Translations under genes and position numbers: made by a program
Assembly: GCA_964658305.1 (NCBI GenBank)
Contig: OZ210885.1
Span: forward strand, 25,544,001 to 25,608,000
Length of the DNA: 64,000 bases
DNA from: Leptogorgia sarmentosa
Taxonomy: Eukaryota
Direction of reading: 5' to 3'
Shown here: piece by piece, positions 48,562 through 60,953 of the stretch
How the letters are laid out: each line of letters begins with the position of its first letter
Position numbering within the stretch: the first letter of the stretch is position 1
The notes under the pieces: model-generated
What the model saw: the letters and a program-made list of their open reading frames with translations, nothing else
What the model was told of the DNA's origin: nothing
Database searches by the model: none

Positions 48562-51500
48562 TTACTGAAGTAGACGGTTATTGAAGCGCACAACTCTGCC
48601 AAAACAAGACTGCGCACCAAGTAGGAACGACACCGAACTCCCAATCTCTCCATGAGTTGTTGTTGCATCATCAAGCAATTCTTCGTCGCTGCTTTCGTCA
48701 AATTCGTCCGATTCGTCTTCTGACAACTCGTGTTCCATATCTGTTTCATGCTTATCATAGGCTATGGTCGTTATGGATACCGGCTTCTCAGAGACTTCAC
48801 ATTGCCTTTGGTACATAAATTCTGGGAGGGTGCCGTGACATGGTGGTCTCTTGGCGCACAGTCCATTGTCCAACGGCAGCACCGTAGGAAGATGCCCAGT
48901 CTCTCAGCGCATCGCTGTCAGCTTGGCATATGTTAACAACCGGTAAAGGATTCATAACAGGAACCTGCGACAACAGCAACGTTCCCTCCGGCTTTGAATA
49001 CCATGATTGTCTACTTGTGTGATAGTACGCTGCCCAACTGGTCACACGCTTCCCAGCTTCTTTCATCGCCGAGCCAAACGATCTGCAATATTCTGCCATT
49101 GACATGTTTACTCGCTTTACATGTACAATTGAATGGCAGTTTTCCACATCCAGTGTCATACAACTCAACAAATTTGTATGCACGTAATCATGTTCTTGAA
49201 GGTTAGCATGTAACCTCTGTAGGCCTGTGTCTATCATTGCAACTGATGCCACAGTCCTAGCTGACACATGTCCCTGGGGTCCATTTAGAGCTGTCTTGAT
49301 ACTACTAGCAGCTTGAATATCCTTCCCGTTCTCTTCCAGCATCGTCACAAACATACACAACACTGTCCAATTCCGTGCAGATACCTACGGGCTGCATAAA
49401 GCGACTTTCTTTCACAGGACCATCGATACAACCACTCTCATTCTCAGACCCTGCAAAAAGACTCAATTCTTCACCATCTCCACTCAGTTGCCATATAGAG
49501 GCCTTCGTCTGATTCGTGAACAGTACATCCTAACCAAATCTCGTAAGCACACAAGAATGGTCATAATGTTCAACAACTAATCTACAATCCAAAGTTTCCA
49601 AGTTTATCGCACTTATTCCCTGTGCGTGAGATACAAACAAATTCCCGTTGCAGAGACACATACTGTTCACTTTTTGCCAAGATACACCGTATGCAATGAT
49701 CGGTTGAATATTTGTGCCTTTCAGTCCAACGCCGTCTTTTTCAACGACGAAGGAAATTATTGATTTTTCGTTGCTTTCAGCTACATAAATGAACTCACTG
49801 TCCACACAAGCCATGGCCTCAGTGGTAGGCTGCGTTTGTCTGTCCCAGAAGTGAATTTCATCATTCCCCACATTGTGACGTGAATATTGACGTTGGAGAC
49901 TTTTAGAATACTTCTTCAATCTTGAAGTGATCTCGGCAACAGTTCCTCGAGATGATATGTTGAGTTTCATTGCCAACTTCACTGGGTCATCCTTCTTCTT
50001 CTTTTCTTTTGACAGCATGTGAATAGATCCTTCATTGAATTCAATTGCCTTGATGGGACCGCCGTTGGACGTCAAGAAAATTATGCCTTCTGCGCAATGG
50101 ATCTCTTTAGCTTTGAGGTTTTTGCCAATAGAAATGATTTTGTCTACAGGACAATGAAGGCGAGCTTTGTATAGAGTAGAACTTCCACATTTGGCATCAT
50201 AAGACAGGAAGGCAATCCATCCGTACGATAGTATAGAAATGCTAATTGGGCATGGGTACATGCCACGCTGGTTGTCTGCCGAGTATTTATCCAATTCTGG
50301 AATGATCGTGTGACATACATATCCCATGTCTTCCAGTGCATCTGTCAGGTTCTTGCTGCTCAAAGTGAGGACGGAGGAAGGATCTTGCCGGTCTTTATTT
50401 TTCACGTGATCGTTTTTGGGTATAAGCTTTCTGAAACGATACTTGGTGTTAAAAAGCTTAAGTTAATCCTCTCGCTTTTGCACTTCAGCCACCAGTAGGA
50501 GAAGGCCGCCTTCATGCTTTTGCCAACATGCGGGCAATCAGGCAAAATACACAAAAATTCCAGTTCAGGATCTATTGTGCCATTTTTGAGCTTTTTGTTC
50601 AGGATCTCAAATGCATTCTTGTTTCCTGTTTCGCAGTCGCTGCACAACACCATCACCACACGTCGAATACAAATACGATTTTGTTCAAGGCACAATTTAC
50701 AAGCTCTTAAGGAAGGAACATGGCTAATATGTCCAACTGCTTTACATTCATTAGACACTGCCTTAGAGTCATAGCATCTATCATAAAAGCTGACGCAATT
50801 TACTTGATCGGATGAGATAATGTGACGGCAATCTTTTTCTGTTTCAATTTCTTGGCATGTTTGGCAGATTTGTAACGTTTTAATGTGTTCTTCAAAATAA
50901 CTTGACATGGTCTGACCAGTCTTTCCAGACTTTGTTGTATAATCAACGGCAACAGGCAAGGAACAGAAGTTATCTAACGATGTTAAAGACAAGACAATGG
51001 CCTCAGTGACAATGTTCTCTTTTAGGCGGTCAGGGGATGGTGTAGGATTTTTTTTAACATAATCTAAATTAACTGGAAATATCAGACCCACGTTTTCTTT
51101 AATGTGTGCATCGAATTCAATCGCAGGTTTCAGTGCTGTTCCATCATTTGCCAATGCACACGGAATAACGACGTCGTTGGGAGTTTCAACAAGAGGTTTG
51201 GCTCCAGAGTTCTTTAAAAGTTCAATGTGTGCTATGGATAGCGGTTTTATAACCCCTGAATCTGGAGTGTATCCTGCTTGGAATTTCTGAATGAGTGATT
51301 CCGAGGGACCACCAAGATTCATCTTTTTATCCAATTCTTTGTTTATATGGTTGTGGCGACCATCTCCTAGGTTCATAGGCCCTCTAATAAAATTTGCAGT
51401 TCGTCTTCCACCAAGGTAGGTAATGGTATTAAAAAACTCTACAACCTCACGGTCATATTCGTGGAAGGGGTTGTACATTATTTCTACCACATCGCTTAAG

Positions 51501-51972
51501 TATCTGTACAGTATTTTGTCCTTTGAGATTCTTCCTCTTCTTATTAAATCATTTAGTTTAATACATAACTGATCAGCCTGTTCAACATCCACATGTACAG
51601 TATAAAAGTCGTCGCCATCGAGACTTTCTGTTTCGTCAATGCTAGAATTTTCGGTCTGAAATTCGATGCATGAACAAGTTTCCACATCACTTTCTGGATC
51701 ATAGTCAGAGCTGCTTCTTTCTTGTTCTTCAGAATCACGTTCCTCACATGAAGTGGAGTCACAGGACCTACACGGAAAAGTTGTTTACTTTTGTCACTGC
51801 ATGGTTTGTTTTGATAATCAATTTTAATACCCTCGTGGATTTTATGGTACAAAGTCTAAAAATGTTCGTAACACAACTTAGAGTCAAAATAGCCAAAAAT
51901 ATGTACGATTATTACATTAATACATTTCGATGTCAGAAATATCAATGTCTGAGTCAACTTCTGTTTCATGCA
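48562..51972 (-). pseudogene. Large fragmented DDE protein with P-element-like motif order plus SAP-like and beta-propeller-like segments
   Basis: ALANDGTALKP, VLCSDCETGNK, LPDCPHVGKSMK (DxxH), LNISSRGTVAEITSRLK (SAP-like), TLDVENCHS, and an acidic tail. The 5' part continues at 55989-56100. Confidence 0.55.
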
Positions 51973-54900
51973 CAGGGGCGTCGTGGCCTTGTCATTTTAG
52001 GGGGGGCCAAAGGGAAATTTTCCCGACAGAAAGGCGGCATATCCGACATATAATGGACTGTAATATGGCTAAAGCTATTAAGTAACTTGCAAGTTGTACT
52101 AGATGCTAGTATTTTAGTAATTGTTGCAATAACGGCGTGCTTGCAAACGAATTGATGAGTTCATCGTAATCTAAAGAAACCGTGAGCTCCTGTTCAACGT
52201 TTATGAGCATTAGCGAATTTAAATGCTGCTGACCCATTGTAGATCTCAACCTGTTTTTGACATATTTCAGTTTTGAAAATGTTCGTTCACACTTTGTAGA
52301 ACCGATCGGAAGTGTGACCAGTATCTTGTACAATCTATACAACTGTGGAAATGCACTTTGGAGATTAAATTTGGACAGAACTTTCAAAACTGTGATATAA
52401 TTCTGTCGACTTACGTCAGTGTTGCTTCCAAGAGAAAGGTCCCTTGGTGGGTCTTTCTCTTGGAGCTTTGGGTAGGTTGCTACAAACGAAAAATATTCTC
52501 CTTTCAGCTTTTCCTCGTCAAGACCATAATTTCGAGCCACACTTTGAAAACCATCTGCAGGTAACATGGTGCGTGTGTTGGCATCTTGAAACCGCTCCGG
52601 ATCAAGTAGAGAGAAATCGGAGAGAATGGCCTTGTGGGATGAGAAGCGTTCTCGAATTGAGACAATGGCTGTATCAATGGCGTAAATGAACGTTTCTCGT
52701 TGGTATCTGCTTCTCTGGTCTTCCTCGGTTTCATCGTTGCACAATTCACCAGGAAGGCGCTTCTTCCTTCGTACACGTTTCTCAACAAAATCTTGTTCTA
52801 CTAGTTCATGTTTCTCGCAAAAAGCTTTTGCGAGAGCATGAACTTTCTCAAATTCTTCACGAAGCTATTGAAGCTGGGATTCTGCTGTTTCCACCAATTG
52901 AATGGCTGTCAGCAAGTCAATCTTTTCCGATTGAAGATACAGGGAGGCAGGATTGGTTATAGCAAAGATCTCCTTGAAGACATGCGCGGTTAGAACCATT
53001 TCAAATGAAGTAATTTTTTTGCTCCAAAGCTTCAGCATCTGTGATGGTCTCCCTGCTATGGTTTGCTGATTGACAGTCTTGGAGCGTGTCCACAAAGCAA
53101 TCAAACAAATCGCTGTCTTGTGCAAAAAAAACATTCTCTAAGGCTTTCCGGTGACACCACCATCTTGTCGTCGAAACTCTCTGTGGTCGATGAATCTGCG
53201 TAATTTTAGACTTTTTATGCTTCTCTTCGAGGACGTCACTACGCTTTCTTGACTGCGAGAAGAATACGTACAACTTCTCTGATACGCCAAATAAGGACTT
53301 TGATGCAATGGAGGACTGGCAGGCTTCCATAATTACAAGATTCAAAACATGGTCAAACGTCCAAATGAATAAGCATTGCGGATTCGCTTGTTGAACCAGT
53401 GTTTTCACTCCCCTGTACTGCCCAGTCATAACAGACGCGCCGTCATAAGACTGTCCGACAGCGTTATTTATTGTTAACGTACTCTTCTTTAAAATCTCTT
53501 GAAGAGTATTGAATAATCCTTCGGCGGTTGAGTCCTTCACTCGCTGAACACATACCAACCGCTCCACAATGTCGAGAGATTTGCTTAAGTAACGCATAAT
53601 AATGGACAGTTGATCGGCATGGGAACTGTCAGTGGTGCAGTCCATAGCAAAGCTATACATCCCAGCGCTATTGATCTCATCTACGATGACTTTCAAGAGC
53701 TGGTTACCGGCGCTGTTGATGATTTTATTTTGGGATTCTGCACTCATAAATGAGACAAGTTTTCCTCTTCCACTCCTAGATTTCTTGTAGTTTGTTTTTC
53801 CGCTTCCCTTTTTTATTTTCTTTAACTTTGCACTTCTTACTTCGTCTACGTGATTGGATAGTGGTTCGTCGTATTTAGAAAGAACATCCACAAATGCCAG
53901 GAAATTTCCTTTCTTTGCTGCCACCTCTTCCGTTAATGATTCTTCGCGATGACCTCGAAAAGCAATGCCTTGTTTAGCTAAACACAGTACGATATCAATA
54001 AGCCGATGCATCACCATTCTGTTCTTGCGAACCTTCTCTTGCCTCGCTTTTCCCAGGATTTCTGCTTCATTACAAAGTTGTTCATTGATGGAAGTTTGTG
54101 AACAATAGTTTCCAAAATCAACGGTTGCATTAATATGACATTGAGATTGTTCGTGCTTCGAAAGTTTCTCGTTAGCCTTCTTCCAGTCGCGGTAACCAGT
54201 CTTTGTAAACGTTGTCTCCTTATTTGTTCCACTAAAGAAGATGCAGAAGTGACAAAAAACTGCATCTTCTGCTGGGGAGTACGAGAGCCACTTTCTCTCA
54301 AAATTATCTTTTCCAACCTTTACTTGGTACCAGCTTTCACTGAAGGAGCGCTCGCGAGAACCATACTTTGATCTCGTAAATTGCTTGCCTTTTATTTCTG
54401 CTGCTTTTTGTTGGTAAGGGCCTCGCAAAATCAACTGCTTTCGGGTGATTGCATTAAATTCTCTTAGTTTGTGTATATAGGTCGTGGAATCGGCCGTCTC
54501 GCTTAGGATGCAGGCTGTTCCACTAGTCGATTGCCGTGATTCCTCTGAAGACTTTTCCTCGATTGGCCCATCATCGACTAAAACCGATATTTCTTCATTC
54601 CTGCTTACTTCGGCAGTGTCGATATGTTTAAGAAACTCAGAACTTTTGGTGCATCTTTGGCTTAATGGTGTCATTGGGTTGGCATCAGAATTCTCGAGCG
54701 TCGGTGATGTTTTGTTGAAGGTTGAAGAAAAACCTTCGATCTCATGACTACTGTCTACGCTAATGTGGTCGTTAATCTCGTCAATCTGGCCGTCAACTAT
54801 CAGTGCCCTTGCTTCCTCATTGTTTATAACACGTCCTCCTCCATCTGCGATGGACTGGTAAGGCAGAGAAACGTCAATTTTCTCGTTGCTGGCTTCTAGG

Positions 54901-55980
54901 GATATGGTGGAGCCGTTACTGCTCGCTGTTTGCATTTGATCACAGGCAGCTGAAGGTGTGATAACCGAATGGCCACAGGAGTCACTGTCATTGGAATGTG
55001 TGTCTGTTGTGTCTGTCACATATGTCTGGGGCTGAGAAACTTTTTTACCAACTTGCATTCGATGACTTTGTTCATTGGAAGAATGTTGTTTCTTGGTTGA
55101 TGATGAACATGCAGCCTATGTTAGTAGATAGAAGAAATTTCATTTAAATTAACAAGCTATAGTTGCACCGACGTATTTAATAAGGCATGGCCCTCCAAAT
55201 TGGCGCGCGTTAATGAGGTGCTTAGACGTCTGGCTCTAATTGTTCAAAATGGCAGCCTACTTCCTGATGAAAATATTTTTGTACATTTTCGGGTAGTTTT
55301 GCATGTTTAATTTATCTCTGAGCAAACGTTTTTGTTTCCGATATGCTTCGGTATAACGTTGACACAAATTAATTAAACTATTACTATAATTATATAAATT
55401 TACCTGGAAAGGGTTTGCTGGAGCACCGGCATACTCGTACAGAATATGCTGGTGTTTCTTTACCTTGTCCGAGTGATATTTGTTATTGTGTCGAGATCTA
55501 TAGTCACTGTCAAATGTCTTTTCGCATAGCAGACATTCAATTTTCCGACGCTTGGGCGTTGGCGGCATTACTCACAGTCTCACACAGGCGAGCTTCTTTT
55601 AACTTTATAACTTTTCAGACTGATTTCACGTTGTGCATTCAAATATTATGTTCAAATTTTGCATACTGCGTGTGGCACTGTTTGAGCCCACGCGCTCCCA
55701 CAGAGCAGCTTCAGACTGAGACGTCATATAGGCGCGCATGTACCAGCAAGCGCTGAATGACGGCCCAGCCCGTGAAGATTAGTTGATTATGAGTCATCAG
55801 ACTAATCACTAATGCGATATGCAATAATATTATTCAACTATCAAGGTACGACTTCTTTATTTACGTTACATAGCTTTAAACTATTCCAACAAATGTGAAA
55901 CTGATCTAATTTTCCGACAACGCACAACGTTAGAGGGGGGGCCATGGCCCCCCCTGGCCCCCCCGGCCACGACGCCCCTG
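51973..55980 (-). mobile_element. hAT element with 16-bp TIR and 8-bp TSD, nested in the GAG-ended element
   Basis: TTCATGCA|CAGGGGCGTCGTGGCC ... GGCCACGACGCCCCTG|TTCATGCA. Confidence 0.95.
52106..55568 (-). pseudogene. ZMYM1-like hAT transposase; exon 1 55568-55404, exon 2 from 55115; frameshifts near 53000-52750
   Basis: A phase-0 GT-AG intron keeps the frame. WLSYSP..FCHFC, FRGHRE, MDCTTD, GQSYDGA, TTRW, CERTFSKLK. Confidence 0.85.
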
Positions 55981-56280
55981 TTCATGCAATTGCTTTGGAG
56001 CCTTCTTTTCTCTTCCAACATCAAGTCTTTGATGTTTGTCTGCTTGGTGGTTTCAGTACCAGAAGTATGAGTATTTGATTTATCTCTGCATTTCAAGAAA
56101 TGATCTACAGAATTAAAGGCTACAAATTAAAATACAGTACCGCATACACTGTCATACAGTATGTTTTGTCGGCAATGGAAATGAAAACTGAAAATGCTTC
56201 ATCTCATAAAACCGCAATACCGCAATATCCGCAAAACCGAGTCAAATTCAAGGCAAAACCGCAAACCCTTACGCCCCCTC

Positions 56281-57189
56281 CTCAAGGTTCAATATTGGGA
56301 CCACTTTTCTTTATCCTTTATATAAATGACCTCTCGGGTGTTTTCCATTTAACCGAATCTTTATTATTCGCAGATGATACAAGTATTTTTTACTCTCACA
56401 ATGATCCAGATGAATTAGCTAGAGTTATAAATGAAGAATTAGAATATATTGATTTATGGATGACGGTTAATAAGCTATCTGTAAACACCAACAAAACGAA
56501 TTATATCTTATTCAGAGGCAAAAACAAAAAAATTCATAAGAATTTATCTATTATATTTGATAAAACCCAGCTGGTACAAAAACAAAGTACTAAATTTTTA
56601 GGAGTTGTTATTGATGAAAACCTTTCCTGGAAATTACATATATCTTATATTTGTAAAAAGATTTCAAAATCCACCCGCATAATCTTTAGATGTCGCTATT
56701 ATTTATCTACTAAAACCAAATTATCCTTATATTATACTTTAGTTTATTCATACCTCACTTATTGTAATATAGTTTGGTCATCTAATTATAAAACTAACCT
56801 AAAACGGATATACTTGTTACAAAAACGAATTGTTCGAGCATTGACAAATTCGGATTATCGTGCCCATACTGCACCATTGTTTACTCAGTTAAAAATTCTT
56901 GATATCTACAAAATTAATGCATTTCATGTCGCCAAGTTTGTTTTCCTATCACCACCGTTTACTTCCCCCATCTTTTCACAACTTATTCATTACCAGTCAC
57001 CAAGTACACATTTACAATACTAGAAGTTCAAATTCATATCGATCCCATCTATGCAAAACAAATACTAAGCAGTTTACCATTCCTTTTCAAGGTCCCAAAA
57101 TCTGGAATTCACTGCCAAATGATATATTAAAAACAGAGACTTTGAGTTACTTCAGGAGTAGAATGCTTAATTTCTTATTAGAAAGTTAA
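56281..57189 (+). pseudogene. LINE ORF2 3' part (RT C-terminal half)
   Basis: PQGSILGPLFFILYINDL, LFADDT, KFLGV..LSW..HI, LQKRIVR. Frameshift near 56945. Confidence 0.9.
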
Positions 57190-57506
57190 TTCTATTTTAA
57201 TCTTATTTTAAAACAATAACAATTATAATAATGATATCTCTTCACCATCACAAAATATTTAATACATTAATTCATAATCTAATAATCACGTATCTTAACA
57301 CGGTCTCATGAGGAGACATCCAATCTACAAGCCCTAAGGTTTCTGGATGCCTCCTCGCCGCCTACTTATGTATGTAAATCATTAATTTATATCCACTAAA
57401 TTGTAGTAGCGTGGCAAATCAGAAATATAATATATAATAATATATTCACAAAATAAACCAGTCCCAAACCATATATCTGCCCTTACCACCAGTCCTAAAC
57501 CATAAC

Positions 57507-58851
57507 CACATGGGGTGGGGTGCGTTTAAGTCAATTGATCCCAGAGAGATTGATGCATGCAAGAAAGAAATGCAGGAGTTTCAGTCATCATTTGTCCCAC
57601 CCAGAAAATTTAACTTCAGCAGAAAGTGGATTGATTGTCTAAAAACCAAAGCAGCAGAATATTTAGTTAAAAAGTTTGAACTAATCCACTCCCACTCAGG
57701 ACAAGCCACCCAACAACCACAGGATGCAGTGCAGGCAGAGGAAGGACATAAACAGATGGGTCTTACCCAATTTATTTGGTGAACAAGTTGTAACCAACAG
57801 AGTGCTCCCACTTGGATTTTCCTCAGTGGAAATGTCACCAAATCCACAAAAATAAGTTACATGTAATTGGTCATATAATTGCAGTGCAATACATTGTGTT
57901 ATTGCTTGCAAAATTAAAACATGAAATTTAAAACTAGATAGGGAATTTCAGTTTGTCCAATAAATTTTACTAATATACACTTTCTATAACTGAATGACAG
58001 CTGCACTGTTCTTTCCTTGTCTCTAAAATAATGTCAATAAAAATATATAGATCAGTTCTTACCTTATTCTCACTCTGTGATTTAAACCAGAGTGTGTGAT
58101 GCCGTCCATTGCACTCACACAAGCACATTATGGCGCGTCTTTCTTGGCTGTGGGCATTCCTTTCATCCCCAGTGCAACCTTCCAGACATAAGCGTGTGCA
58201 AGATTTGCCAAGAATTCCTCATGTCGAAAGCTGCATCACTCACAGAAGCGGCAAATAAAGCAATCCATGAGCTCGCTCCTTCATCAGACGATAGTCAAGG
58301 CCCCAAGGACAAAGAAACTTTGAGAGACAATGCAGAAAATGACAGTGAGGACGAGTCGCATGATGTTGATGAAGAAGGCGAATTCCAAAACGATACAAGC
58401 GACACACAGACTGTCTTCAATTTGATATCAAGGGTGAAAACTTGGCATAGGTTTGAGACTTCGATGTCTTGAAGTTCGGTGAATCTCAGAATATTGTTTG
58501 CTTTCCTTCGCAAAATAAAAGCGATTGAAACGTTCGCCAAAGCATCCATTAGTCGTGTAGTGCATATCATGACTCATGACACTCTGGTCGTGAATTGATC
58601 CATGTTTAGACACGGGAAATTAACAAGTTAATAAGTTAAGATGTCAAAAGGTTGGTGGATTCGAAGGGCATTATTTATGCTTGCGCGAGGCAAAGTTTGG
58701 ACGTGCATATCTCCACAAAATCGCCATTATTTACAAATCACCACTGTAATATTGTAGGAAAATCTTTCCTTAACAACATATTCTAATTTCAAATTAAAAT
58801 ATCAAGATTCCAATGGCAACAAAGCCTAAGAGTTAATTATATATCTGTACC
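57507..58851 (+). mobile_element. Copy B of the unclassified TE end; 3' exons encode a RING-like Cys/His motif and an acidic tail (58092-58472)
   Basis: Inverted match to copy A. CDAVHC..GCGHSFHPQC..CKICQ follows a cag acceptor at 58091. Ends TATATATCTGTACC. Confidence 0.65.
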
Positions 58852-59718
58852 AAGTAAATAGTCTCCGTTCTCAAATGCTTGTACAATTCGCTGCCTATGT
58901 TCTTGTGATTCTATTGCACCTGAACATGTCGCACCCTACACCTTGTACCAACTGTGCAGTCTACAGCCACGGACAAACCACGCTTGTATTTATATATTTG
59001 TCTGGGACTGCTTAATTTTTAAACAAAGTGCGGAGTCCCTTTAGGTTTCTACACTGCGTGTCAAGAATATTACACCACATTTCAAGAATATTACACCACA
59101 TTTATGCCATATTCTGTAGTGTTTAATTGAAAAGATATTTGTGTTAAATGAACTTGATATGTGTTCTTTTGTTATCACAAACACAGAGTTGGCATCTAAG
59201 ACCATTGTAATAATTAAACATTCCTTTTATTATTTAAATTGTTTAATAATGTTAATAAACAACGCTTTCGTTATAATAAGTCATTCTTGACTCTGATGTC
59301 TATTCTCTAGATTTGTATGGTCCCATGTGCATGCTACTGTAAGCTTATTTTTTATATTGAATACATTTGCAAGATAATGAATGATTACGCATATTGAAAT
59401 TTTTGTATCGAATACTCGTTGCATGCAATTTGATGTTCAATCCATCCACATGCATATCCCTTTGTTTTATTCGTTGCTGGTTCATACACACGGTAGCCTG
59501 TTTTATCTTTGAGTAACAAACAGTGTATTGTACTTTAACTGATACCAGTCTCTGTTACTTTTAATTAGACCATATACTTTGTAAACTTATAGAATTAACC
59601 GATATATACTTTGTGAATAGCTAATATACCATTCTTTGTACTTGTTTACACGCCCTCTGTGAAAATCAGCTTCGGTTGACAGAGTTAGCATGGATAAATA
59701 AAGCTTTCTATCTATCTA
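58852..59718 (+). mobile_element. Probable 3' end of another LINE
   Basis: Ends in aataaagctttctatctatcta, a polyA signal followed by a short (tcta)n tail. No ORF support. Confidence 0.35.
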
Positions 59719-60953
59719 CTTGCACATGAATTGTGCATTTATTGGTAAAAGCATGAAAGTTGATATGCAGTTTATAGAACAAGTATTGCATGAGGAGTAT
59801 TTTTGGATGTATAGGGGCATCTCAAAAAATAATGGATGATGAAAATTTGGGATTTCTTAAATTCTACCATTAAAATATACTGCATAGTTAAAAATGCGAA
59901 ATTTCGTGATCAGCTGTGCAAGATTCACTTACATCATTAGGAGACCAAGAAAAACTATGTAGCCGTTTCTTTAGTATTTGTTCAAACTGCATGCCTACGA
60001 ACATTCATGCTTTTATCATGAAATGCACAGTTCCCAGGGGCGGATTCAGACAGGTTTAACAGGTTTATGTAAACCTGTCAGATTTTCCAGAGAAAGAAAA
60101 TTCTGAAATATTTTATTGTTTTTGGCCTTAATTGAGGACAATTTCTTTCACAAAAAGTGTGATATATAACTTACTACGTATGCTATTTAAATGCAGCATG
60201 AAATTTGATCATGGATTACATCATTTATATGACCTTGCGATTTTAAATTATTGACGTACAACCCCACTTGAAGATTATCGCGTTTGTTTCCGCTTACGAA
60301 ATACCGTAGTTGTGGCAAGTGCTGATATATCGTCGTGGGTCGTGGCCAGTAAACGCGACCTCAAACAAATATAGACGCCTGCAGTTGTGTGTAAACCGGT
60401 GGTCAGAGTTTTCCTAATGAGAATAAACCGGTCGCTACGCCTTTTGATTGGCTAAACGGCAGTGCATCGGCGGATGTAAACCGGTCATAAACCTGTGAAT
60501 CGAGCAGTCTGAAAAAAACCTGGGTAAGAGGGTTAACAGAACTCGAGGACGAGCGAAATATGTTTATAATTTTGCGTGGCGGAATATTTGTGTTGGCAAC
60601 TATGAATGAGGAAATGGTTTATATGACAAAGCTTTTGTGCATTTACATGGTTCTTGTTTCTTTTAAAGGTTTGTTTAAAATTATATATTAAATAATTGTG
60701 TTTATCTGTTATATGAGCATAACATACATCGATGCGTCAACGTTTCTTGTGACCTAATAGTGTGTACTTATAGCGCAAAAAATGCATATAGATTTGTATA
60801 GATTTGTGTGATTGTTGAGTCATTGCGTTGGTGACAGCGCATTAGGAAATGCGTGATTCTGACTAAGCAGTCCTTCCAGCTTAAATACAATTTTGTTCGG
60901 CTGTTTGTTCATTTTAAATTTGGTTTGATAACGTGTACAACTGTCGATCTGAA

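Larger units (their letters stand above)
48168..56280 (-). mobile_element. Unclassified DNA transposon with 15-bp TIR GAGGGGGCGTAAGGG and aaaccgcaa subterminal repeats, inserted in the LINE RT
   Basis: tgtgg|GAGGGGGCGTAAGGG ... CCCTTACGCCCCCTC|ctcaagg. No TSD. About 5 bp of the expected CGVPQG codons are missing. Confidence 0.75.
39053..57440 (+). mobile_element. Near full-length CR1/L2-group LINE, split into 39053-43087, 48079-48167 and 56281-57440 by two DNA transposons
   Basis: RT reads YGIRGVA|LEWIKSYF and EIRCG|PQGSILGP across the insertions. FADD at ~56370. 3' UTR stem-loop gaggagacatcca..tggatgcctcctc (~57310-57357) and an AT-rich tail. Confidence 0.85.

Noticed and set aside
56100..56280. 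N-terminal 60 aa of ORF 56100-57023 as a novel RT extension
   Set aside because: Chance read-through from the end of the GAG element into the LINE RT.
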